Source: Candidatus Bathyarchaeota archaeon (GTDB lineage: Archaea; Thermoproteota; Bathyarchaeia; Bathyarchaeales; Bathycorpusculaceae). From it: DNA of 64,000 nt. The notes under the pieces were generated by a model. That model was not told the DNA's origin and ran no database searches. It saw only the letters and a program-made list of their open reading frames with translations. This document shows, in pieces, positions 45,090-53,524 of the stretch. The DNA lies in NCBI GenBank assembly GCA_963715865.1, contig OY970280.1, positions 1,696,001 to 1,760,000 of the forward strand. Direction: 5' to 3'. Every line of letters starts with the position of its first letter. Position 1 is the first letter of the stretch. The position numbers and the translations under genes are program-made.

Positions 45090-46313
45090 TCAATTTTTTT
45101 GTTGTTCTAGCCAGTTTCTTGATTTCATTACCGTTTTCCCTGCAACTTTTAATGACAATGCATCGTCATAGGGGCATATTTCAACGCATCGTGCGCAAAG
45201 TATACACCTTGATTCAGTTACGTCGCCCCCTTTTTTCTCGTACACTTGTGTAGCTTGAGTTGGACAAACGCGTTTGCAAACACCGCACTTGGTGCATTTT
45301 TGTTCGTTCTTCTCCAAGCGTGTTAGGGCGATTTGTTTGAAAGGGGTGAAAGTGCTGAATAAGCCTGTTAACGCGCCTAGAGGGCAGATTCTGCACCAGA
45401 ATCGCCTATAGGCTAAAGCTAAAATTGTGAATGCAATTAAGATAGCTAAGTTTATCGAAGTAAGATAACCGCCTGTTATCCACAGCGGTCCATAGGCTAT
45501 TTGCGAGACGTATGAAAACTTCATCGAGCCTAAACCACATTCGATTAACACGCAAAGGGGCCTCATGGGACAAACTAAACAAAAAGGCTCGTTAAGGTTG
45601 CCTACAAGGCCTGCTTCGGTTCCTTCAGGTCCTCCTGGTCTAGTGCCTGGAATAAGCTGAGCGCCAAAAATGGCGTACGAGGCAAAAATAACACTAAGAA
45701 TCAAAAAAACCGCAATAATGATATACCGTGATTGTCCAAGCGCCGTGTTTGTCTTGTCGGAAAAACGAAAATGCCGCAGCCGTAGGGCTTTGCGAATTCG
45801 TGTTAACACATCCATATATAGGCCGAAAGGACACAGCCAACCGCAGAAAAATCTTCCTAAAACAACAGACGCCACAGCTACCAAGCCGAAAACTATAGCT
45901 AGCTTCTCCAAACCAGAGGTAGAGTAGAAAACCTCGTAGCCTCTTGGATAGTTCCAAAATGGGAAAATGTAAGCTTGAATTTGCCAAATTGGACAAGTAA
46001 CTGTTCGCCCATTAGGATAGTAACATGCTAAAATAGGAACAGATAAGCCATCTGGAAATTGGTTCCCAAAAAAATTAGTCCCAACTAACCGGTCGCGTGG
46101 CGAAGACCCCAAAGGCTGGAATATTGGGACGTTGAAGGGACCTAATATAAGCCCCATAAACACAGCAAAGACGGCGGCTATTTGAATAAAAAATCGAAGC
46201 GAGCTGACTTTACGGGTTTTGTTTTTGGCGAATCTAAAGATAAGATAAATTCCAACCAACACTATCAAAACGTATACAGGTAATACGATTGCACTGGGAG
46301 CCTCCCACGACAT
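45090..46313 (-). CDS. Membrane 4Fe-4S binding protein (NapH/MauN-like)
   Basis: CGWLCPFG, CRICPLG, two CxxCxxCxxxCP motifs. Confidence 0.88.
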   Translation of the reverse strand: MSWEAPSAIVLPVYVLIVLVGIYLIFRFAKNKTRKVSSLRFFIQIAAVFAVFMGLILGPFNVPIFQPLGSSPRDRLVGTNFFGNQFPDGLSVPILACYYPNGRTVTCPIWQIQAYIFPFWNYPRGYEVFYSTSGLEKLAIVFGLVAVASVVLGRFFCGWLCPFGLYMDVLTRIRKALRLRHFRFSDKTNTALGQSRYIIIAVFLILSVIFASYAIFGAQLIPGTRPGGPEGTEAGLVGNLNEPFCLVCPMRPLCVLIECGLGSMKFSYVSQIAYGPLWITGGYLTSINLAILIAFTILALAYRRFWCRICPLGALTGLFSTFTPFKQIALTRLEKNEQKCTKCGVCKRVCPTQATQVYEKKGGDVTESRCILCARCVEICPYDDALSLKVAGKTVMKSRNWLEQQKN

Positions 46314-46380
46314 CTTTGCGCTTCCTACTTTTTATTTAATGCCGAGCCTTTGCTAATTAGCCTAAAGCACTTTCACCAAC

Positions 46381-47067
46381 TTATTTTTCACCCGAATGCT
46401 CTTTGCTTTTCACTTTAATTACGATAGCGACAATGATTGTGACAGCCACTACCATTGCTATTACAATGGCTACTGAATGCTGCTGGTAGAAAGGCAAGTT
46501 TGAACTAGACAGACCATTTCCCCCAAAGTCCCAGTGTGCAATGCTTACATTGCCAGTTACACCAGTTACAACCATTGACCCATCATGCGAAATGCTCCAT
46601 CCTTCACCCTCAGCTATGAAAACATTATTGTCAACAATAACACTCCATTCAACGCTGGCGCTCAACCCACCTTGGGAGACAAAACCAAGGTTTAAAATCT
46701 GCTTACCCTGACCTTCAATCAAATATCTTAACAGTACAATCTGAAACGAGGATGTGTTGTATGTTTGGTAAGAGAAGATTGTAACGTTAGAGTTTTGAGT
46801 TGAAATCTTGAAGTTTTCAAGCGGCTGTGAGCCATTGAGGTGCAAATTTGTAAAGGTCCAAGTGTCATTTTCAAATGTTGCCTCGGAATAGGTGCCATTT
46901 ACGGCAAAACTGATGGTGCCATTATACGAGGGGATATTGAATTTGTCTGCAGGACTGAAAGTTATGTTAGTTTGCGCTTGTGTATTAGGGCAAGTCCAAG
47001 GAAAAACTAAGACAATGACAATTATGGCAATTCCAGCTGAGACTTTGTTGTATTTAATTGTTACCAA
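46381..47067 (-). CDS. Secreted protein with C-terminal TM anchor
   Basis: Signal peptide ending TQA-Q, many sequons, hydrophobic plus basic tail. Confidence 0.75.
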   Translation of the reverse strand: MVTIKYNKVSAGIAIIVIVLVFPWTCPNTQAQTNITFSPADKFNIPSYNGTISFAVNGTYSEATFENDTWTFTNLHLNGSQPLENFKISTQNSNVTIFSYQTYNTSSFQIVLLRYLIEGQGKQILNLGFVSQGGLSASVEWSVIVDNNVFIAEGEGWSISHDGSMVVTGVTGNVSIAHWDFGGNGLSSSNLPFYQQHSVAIVIAMVVAVTIIVAIVIKVKSKEHSGEK

Positions 47068-47223
47068 GCCTCACTGCCTGCATCACTATAAGTAATTATT
47101 AAGTTTGGCTATAAGACTTTTCTAGGGTTCCAGGAAAGTTGCGGTTTAGCTTTCGGTTTGCAAAGGAAAAAGGGCGGGTTTATCCGTTTTGCCTATTAAT
47201 GAGAAGCTGTATAGGAAAATGCA

Positions 47224-48042
47224 ATGAAGAAATCGTTAGTCATAGCTGTGTTTCTCATCGTTGCCATCCTTGTTCTGAGCGCTTCAATACTGGTTTTCTT
47301 GAACAGCAATAAGCCGTCAACAAACTCCTCAGCTGTAACACATTACACTTACACCGTAGTTAACACGTATCCGCATGACCCGAATGCCTTCACTGAGGGG
47401 CTCGTGTACTCGGATGGTTTTCTGTACGAGAGCACAGGACTTGACGGCGGTTCATCTTTACGCCGCGTGGACTTGACCACAGGCAATGTGCAGCAGGAGG
47501 TTATGTTGCCGACTCAGGATTTCGGCGAAGGCATAGCCATAGTCAACAACACCATAATCCAACTAACTTGGCAGTCGCATATAGGCTTCATCTACGACAA
47601 AAACACCTTTGCAGTGCTGGGAAATTTTACTTACCCCACGGAAGGCTGGGGTTTGACCTTTGACGGCAAACAGCTAATCATGAGCGACGGCTCAGACAAC
47701 CTATACTTGCTTGACCCAACAACGTTTCAGCGGACAGGACAAATCCAAGTGCATGACGGAAACACAACTGTAGTAAACATCAACGAGCTAGAATACATCA
47801 ACGGCGACGTTTACGCCAACATCTGGCAAACAAACACAATCGCCATAATCAACCCGGAAACTGGACAAGTCAAAGCTTGGATAGACCTCACAGGACTACC
47901 AGCCGAAAACAATTCAAACCCAGAAGCCGTACTCAACGGCATAGCATACGACCAAAAAAACGACAGACTTTTCGTAACAGGCAAAGACTGGCCAAACCTC
48001 TACCAAATAAAACTAACACCATTAACCGAGCCTACAGCCTAA
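47224..48042 (+). CDS. Glutaminyl-peptide cyclotransferase (plant/bacterial type), membrane-anchored
   Basis: FTEGL, FGEG, EGWGLT, NELEYI, LNGIAYD; N-terminal TM. Confidence 0.92.
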   Translation: MKKSLVIAVFLIVAILVLSASILVFLNSNKPSTNSSAVTHYTYTVVNTYPHDPNAFTEGLVYSDGFLYESTGLDGGSSLRRVDLTTGNVQQEVMLPTQDFGEGIAIVNNTIIQLTWQSHIGFIYDKNTFAVLGNFTYPTEGWGLTFDGKQLIMSDGSDNLYLLDPTTFQRTGQIQVHDGNTTVVNINELEYINGDVYANIWQTNTIAIINPETGQVKAWIDLTGLPAENNSNPEAVLNGIAYDQKNDRLFVTGKDWPNLYQIKLTPLTEPTA

Positions 48043-48131
48043 ACTAATCTACTCAGTGCTCTTTATAGACCGAAAGTTTGTGTTATTACTTTTTGACGCG
48101 GATGCAAAATTTGAATCGCTTAGCCTTTTCA

Positions 48132-48700
48132 TCAATCTTGAACTAAATAATAAGATAGAACTGCTAGTGGAACTACAAGAGCGTAGGAAAACAAGGTTCC
48201 AAGCCAAACACCAAAGCTCGGATACAAATATCTCACAGCTACGCTGAAAGGAATAATCGTTAGAATGCCAGACATCACTAATGGCTTTGTCACGGCTCGC
48301 GAGAATTCCGTTCCTTTGCTCTTATTCAGTATTACTAAGGTTGAAGTGAAAACTGCTGGAAACGCGGCTGCAATGCCGCCCAGAATAGGACCACCAATTT
48401 GGCTCAAAAGCACTGAGATTAAAACAAGAAACCCTGCACCGACTCCACGCAAGACAATCTCACGAATTTTGTAGAGCCCTTTCTCCTCCCGCTACGTTTT
48501 TGAGTTTTAGCTTTTTAGTGAAAGAATAATACGTTAAAACGGAAATCGCAGTTCCACCGACCAGAGAAAGCGCAAAATCCCTCAGACCAGAAGCAACAAT
48601 TAAGCCAGAAATTGCAAACCATATAAGAAGAGAAACGGAAATGCCTCGGCTAAACCCTTTCTGGGCGAAAAAAGCGAAGAAGAAAAGATAAACATGCCAA
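48132..48700 (-). pseudogene. Frameshifted, 5'-truncated multi-TM membrane protein
   Basis: Hydrophobic reading frame continues upstream of the 106-aa ORF after a 1-nt shift near 48487; no clear start. Confidence 0.55.
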
Positions 48701-48937
48701 AGGATTCAACATACCCTTTTTGCGGAGCTAAAATCAATCACACTGAAATGCAAACATTTGGGTGTTGCCGTTCATGTGTTGAAACCAACTGGAGTTAGCT
48801 TTAACTGGAAAATTACTAAACTAATGTCCCGTTCTTTTCAAGATATGTAGTTTTTAAACCATTCTTGTACAAACAAGTTATATAGCCGCTAAACGTAGTG
48901 TGTTCTTGTGGCGTACTAACACTACGGAAGAGAAAAA

Positions 48938-49510
48938 TTGGATTCCACTATCCTTGAAATCTTAGTTATTATTCTTGGAAACGGCGCGTTGATAGCTATA
49001 ATTGGCTATTGGTTTCAATATCGACAGCAAAAATCACAAACAGACTTTGAAGCAAGAAAGGGCGCAAGCCTATATTACCAAACAATTTATGGTCATATCG
49101 TCATTCTTCTCGATTTAGCAAACAAATATTGTGACAGTCTTTCTAAAGGCAAAATCATTGCAACCGATTTTGAACAATGCAAATTTAGTCAAATGACATC
49201 GGAAGAAATCATAGAAAATTATAGAAAAGCTTACTTAGAATTTGAAGGCTATTGCATAATGACTAAGAAAAAAGGTATGGAAATATTTGTCTCCGAGAAA
49301 TTACAAAAATTATTATACTCATTTTGGAATTATTCCTGGAATTTTTATAACGATAATAAATTGTTGCAGAAGCATATAATCAACTACAGTAAGATTGCTG
49401 ACCAAACAACAGACTATATGGATAAGTTGTTCGGTTTAGAGCGAGGGGGAATGGAACTATCACTGAAAAAAGAAAAAATGGATGTAACACAAGAACTGAA
49501 AACAAAATAA
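48938..49510 (+). CDS. Hypothetical protein with N-terminal TM (AT-rich)
   Basis: 190-aa ORF. Confidence 0.7.
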   Translation: MDSTILEILVIILGNGALIAIIGYWFQYRQQKSQTDFEARKGASLYYQTIYGHIVILLDLANKYCDSLSKGKIIATDFEQCKFSQMTSEEIIENYRKAYLEFEGYCIMTKKKGMEIFVSEKLQKLLYSFWNYSWNFYNDNKLLQKHIINYSKIADQTTDYMDKLFGLERGGMELSLKKEKMDVTQELKTK

Positions 49511-49521
49511 CTTTTAATAAC

Positions 49522-49764
49522 ATGATGGAAATGAGCATTCAAACTCGTTATGCAGTTACACTTTCAGGTATAGCCTTTGCCTATCTGGGCTTATTATTTT
49601 TAATCTCAAGCTTAGTTCACTTTTATTACCTTGCTCCTTTCTCAATACAAATTGACCTTTTTATAATAGTAATTGGTAGCATCATGACTTTTATTGGTCT
49701 GTTAGGTTTTCATCGTAACAGTTCAGAAATCCCTCTACCTGAAATTAGCGATGCAAAAACTTAA
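49522..49764 (+). CDS. Two-TM hypothetical protein
   Basis: 80-aa ORF. Confidence 0.6.
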   Translation: MMEMSIQTRYAVTLSGIAFAYLGLLFLISSLVHFYYLAPFSIQIDLFIIVIGSIMTFIGLLGFHRNSSEIPLPEISDAKT

Positions 49765-49959
49765 ATCCGTTTTTTGTTTAACAAGCAATTACTATGTCAA
49801 ATAAACTTAGCAAAAGAGCTAGTGCTTTCTTTGTGATAATCGGAGCTATTGTTGCAGGTTTTTCGCAACTACTGTTTTAAGCTTTAGGCTGGAGAATATA
49901 AACATACGTGGTGAGATGGCTGACAAAACGGTTGATTCAATCCTTCAAAGTTCTTCGCT

Positions 49960-50622
49960 TTGTTTTATTTTGGAACGATAAGTTTGGTTTTGTTTGCATT
50001 TTTTCTCTTAACAGTAGGTAACTTTTATGGAATTACATTTTATAGTTTTGTGATTGTAACGGGCTTATTTTTGCAAGCTTTTGGTTGGGCTTTTCTTATG
50101 ATAAAAATTCAAAAATACCATCCTTTTGTTAGAGCAAGTGATGAGGAAATCAAAAGAGAAGATGACGTTTTGTTACAAGGTGCGACATTCTCTTCTGCAA
50201 TTCTGTTTTTTTATGTTAACATTTTATTTCCAGTCTCTGTCAAATTAGCTTTTAGTTTAATCATTGTTTTCTTAACTGGTTCCTTCTACTGCTTTAGAGC
50301 TTATGCTAAAATCAAGGATAGCCCTGAGTATAGAGTTATTTCTTCGGCGATTTTTCTGTATTTAGCTGGCACGTATGTTTTTATGCTATTGTTTTTATTT
50401 ATTCCGAATTTTTTCCCGATTATTTTCCACTGGCACCCAGCGATACAAATTCTAATTTTAGAGCTTTTGCTTGCAATTCCGCTTTCTGCGTTTGCAGTAT
50501 CTTTATTGTGTTTTCCAAGACGATATGGATATTTCCCAAGAATACGTTGGATTAGAGGAGGTCACTTTCCAAAGCTAGAAGTAACTAATATCTTTGACGA
50601 AATAAATGCTGACTGCATGTAA
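49960..50622 (+). CDS. Multi-TM hypothetical protein; may start at 49916 across a 1-nt T-run deletion
   Basis: 220-aa hydrophobic ORF. Confidence 0.65.
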   Translation: MFYFGTISLVLFAFFLLTVGNFYGITFYSFVIVTGLFLQAFGWAFLMIKIQKYHPFVRASDEEIKREDDVLLQGATFSSAILFFYVNILFPVSVKLAFSLIIVFLTGSFYCFRAYAKIKDSPEYRVISSAIFLYLAGTYVFMLLFLFIPNFFPIIFHWHPAIQILILELLLAIPLSAFAVSLLCFPRRYGYFPRIRWIRGGHFPKLEVTNIFDEINADCM

Positions 50623-50709
50623 GTTACTTCAAACGACTTTCAAGTCATGGCAAAAACTTAAAACTGGAAAGCGTAGACATAGCGTAAAACAACCAAAAAA
50701 ATCGAGTTT

Positions 50710-50760
50710 GCGATTTAATAGTTAAAATTACAAACTCTCTAAAACTAAGCGATTTAATAG
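50710..50760 (+). promoter_or_regulatory. 12-bp direct repeat upstream of a TATA box
   Basis: GCGATTTAATAG at 50710 and 50749; CTATATATAA at ~50768. Confidence 0.45.
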
Positions 50761-50815
50761 GTTATTCTATATATAATGGTTGTTATAGTCTCTTGGAAGC
50801 ATAATTACCGTTAAT

Positions 50816-51262
50816 TTGGGGGAGAATAGGTTGGATGAAGTATTAGACATGTTAGATAAAACTGCAAAGCGAATACAGAAAGTTGTTGACGAAACAAAAG
50901 AAGCAACTTGGAAACAATCAGCCCTATACGAGCAAACCATGCAATCACCCGAAGCTTCTCAAGAGCAAAAAATCAAGGCGTTTATCAAGAAAACCCGTTA
51001 TTTAGACCAACTTGAAGCCTTAAACTCCCAGCTTAGTTTACTATATACTCTTCAGATATTTGCGTTTAAAGTTAAAGTGCTTGAGGTAACAGTTGGAAAC
51101 ATCAACGAACAACTTGCAAAGTCTGGGGTTCTCCTCAAAACGGCAGAATTAGAGAGCATAAAGACGAATATTGATTCGCTCAAAATCTTAATTGAAGCGC
51201 AGTATGAATCCATGAAGGAAATCCGAGAGAGCCAAAACAAAACCTTAGACTACATTCATTAG
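50816..51262 (+). CDS. Coiled-coil hypothetical protein
   Basis: 148 aa, helical. Confidence 0.75.
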   Translation: MGENRLDEVLDMLDKTAKRIQKVVDETKEATWKQSALYEQTMQSPEASQEQKIKAFIKKTRYLDQLEALNSQLSLLYTLQIFAFKVKVLEVTVGNINEQLAKSGVLLKTAELESIKTNIDSLKILIEAQYESMKEIRESQNKTLDYIH

Positions 51263-51347
51263 AATGGTTAAATAAAAAGGGCAGCCTGGTGGTTTTCACC
51301 ACTCATCAGGTTGTACTGCCTGCGATGTATCAGTTTTTTCTGAAGGC

Positions 51348-52271
51348 TTATTCTACGAGTTTTTCCCAGCTTGTAACGAAGTCAAGAACTTCTTGACCTT
51401 GCTTGCCGCCATAGCTCTTTAAGCGTTCTCGAACGTCAACCTGAGCAATTGCAGCTTTCTGGAAATCCTGCATCTGTTTAGCTTTGTCGGTTAAGTAAAG
51501 AATTCCGTCTACGCCTGCTCTTGCCATACGGACTGATAATGTTAAGAGTTCACTTGTGGTTGGCGTTTCTCTCGGGTCATCGCCTGGACCGATAACGTAT
51601 AATGCAATGTTGAGAGGTACGTCTTTGAAGAGTTTCTTGAAGTTACGGGTAAGCATTTCCCAATACCACGGTGTAGCGTAGTTTTTACTAAACATGACGA
51701 CGAGAAATTCGTCAGTTAACGGTGCCAAATCATCAAAATCGACGCCGAAGCGTTCATAGTTTGTAACTGGGTCTGGGAGAACGCCGATGACAAACTTTTT
51801 CTTCGCTCGGTCGCGTACTCGCTCGCTTACTTGCGCCATGTAGTCGGTGATTTCTTTTCTGCGCCATTCATACCAGCTTAAGCCACTTTTCGCGTGGAGT
51901 TCTTTGCAGCGCGGGCAAATGCAGTGACCGTGTTCTGCGAAGTGGATACTGTTTAGCCATATTCCCGGGCTCTTTCTTGCAACGTCTTCGATGTAATCTA
52001 ATTGTTCTGCACGGTGCTCTGGTTGGGTTGCACAGAGAACGTCCCATCGGACGTTAAAGTTGTCGTTTGTTCTCCATGCAGGACCTAGGTCTGACTGCGA
52101 AATCCAGTCTGGATGATTACGGGCAGTAACGTTGTCTCCGAAAATCGCAATGTTGCTGTACATTTCAGGGTGCGGTGGCATTCGTCTGCCTACTTCTGGT
52201 TTAACTCGGAAAAGGTCAAAGTCAAAGCCTGGAACTTTCTTTGCTTCAAACATGTATGTGCCGAATTTCAA
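51348..52271 (-). CDS. Glycoside-hydrolase-like TIM-barrel protein with CxCxxC motif
   Basis: WLNSIHFAE...HCICPRC, RFGVDF; TTG at 52271 has an SD-like AAGGT upstream. Confidence 0.6.
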   Translation of the reverse strand: MKFGTYMFEAKKVPGFDFDLFRVKPEVGRRMPPHPEMYSNIAIFGDNVTARNHPDWISQSDLGPAWRTNDNFNVRWDVLCATQPEHRAEQLDYIEDVARKSPGIWLNSIHFAEHGHCICPRCKELHAKSGLSWYEWRRKEITDYMAQVSERVRDRAKKKFVIGVLPDPVTNYERFGVDFDDLAPLTDEFLVVMFSKNYATPWYWEMLTRNFKKLFKDVPLNIALYVIGPGDDPRETPTTSELLTLSVRMARAGVDGILYLTDKAKQMQDFQKAAIAQVDVRERLKSYGGKQGQEVLDFVTSWEKLVE

Positions 52272-52480
52272 TTTGCTTCTACCTTTTTGAATCCAAGACG
52301 TTTGGCGCTGTAATAAAGTTTTGCATAATAGGCACAAAATTGGTTTCAAAAAATAAATACCTGTTTGGCGATTGCTCCGATGGCACAATACATGCTTACG
52401 CATAGTTATTAAGCATTAAACTATGGATTAGTCGTTTATTTAGAGAGTATTAAGCTAATTAGTTTAATCCTAATTAATAC

Positions 52481-52538
52481 TTACTACGTACATGCTAAGG
52501 CTATGATGTACGTAGTAACCTCAGAATGTACGTAGTAA
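52481..52538. repeat. Three copies of ATGTACGTAGTAA, homologous to the proviral inverted repeat
   Basis: 52481-52501 matches revcomp 20353-20373 at 20/21; 52504-52521 matches revcomp 20299-20316 at 18/18. Confidence 0.92.
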
Positions 52539-52783
52539 TAGAAATTTTATTTACCTAAACTTGGTGATTTAACAACAAAAAAAGAAAATGGAAGATAGTT
52601 CTATTGCTTCTTTAACTGTCCGTTTGTCATAGTGATTCTACAAGAAGAACCACATAGCCATCATGAACCTTGGGTACTATGACTTCGATGCCCAGAACAT
52701 CATGTCTTTCCTTGCGTTGCGGGAAGGTTTAAATAGAGATTATCAAGTTTGCATATCTTTATTGTAGAGTATTTGGAGTTGTT

Positions 52784-53209
52784 TTGATGAATGTAAAGCA
52801 AATTGTAAGAGCGGAACCTGTTTTTGTGGAAGTAGCTAAAACCAGTGAAGTCGAGAAAGGCAAAATGAAAAGTGTAGAAGTAAATGGAATTGACATCTTA
52901 ATAGCAAATGTAGATGAGCATTTCTACGCTTTAGATGATAGATGTGGACACATGAATGCTTTGCTTTCGATGGGAACGTTGCAAGGAAAGATTGTGACCT
53001 GTCCGTTTCATTACGCTCAATTTGACGTTACCACCGGACAGAAAACTAAAGATCCTGTGCAGGAGTCATTTAAGGGCATGGATAAACTGCCTGAAGATAT
53101 GCAGAAATTCTTGGTTTACGCGGAGAAGTTGGTGGATCCCGTTAAATCTTTTGACCTGCAAACGCATGAAGTAAAAGTGGAAGGAGACAAAATATTCATC
53201 AGAATTTAG
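52784..53209 (+). CDS. Rieske 2Fe-2S ferredoxin
   Basis: CGH...CPFH ligands. Confidence 0.9.
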   Translation: MMNVKQIVRAEPVFVEVAKTSEVEKGKMKSVEVNGIDILIANVDEHFYALDDRCGHMNALLSMGTLQGKIVTCPFHYAQFDVTTGQKTKDPVQESFKGMDKLPEDMQKFLVYAEKLVDPVKSFDLQTHEVKVEGDKIFIRI

Positions 53210-53524
53210 AGAACGGTTTGTGAACATCAGCCAAAAAAGGAAGATGCTCGCTAACTCTCCTATTATGTTAAAATGCTTTAAGCCTTGCTTTCATACTGTG
53301 TCTTAAGCTCCTTTTAGTTATTTCATACTAAAAAGTATGATTAACCATAGTTTTCTTGTTATTAACCGCTGTTTTCTATGTAAGCCAAAGCTTACCATGA
53401 CATAAACAGTAAAAAAGGAAAACAGGAGTCCACTAAATTCTAGCGATTGCCTACGCAATCTTTTTAGGGCAAAGTCCCTTTTAATCGCAAGTCTGCAAGT
53501 ATACAGAATTAAAATTGGATTCAG

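Noticed and set aside
51348-52403. 351-aa length for the TIM-barrel protein
   Set aside because: The first 44 residues look non-coding-like; TTG 52271 with an SD-like sequence is the more plausible start.
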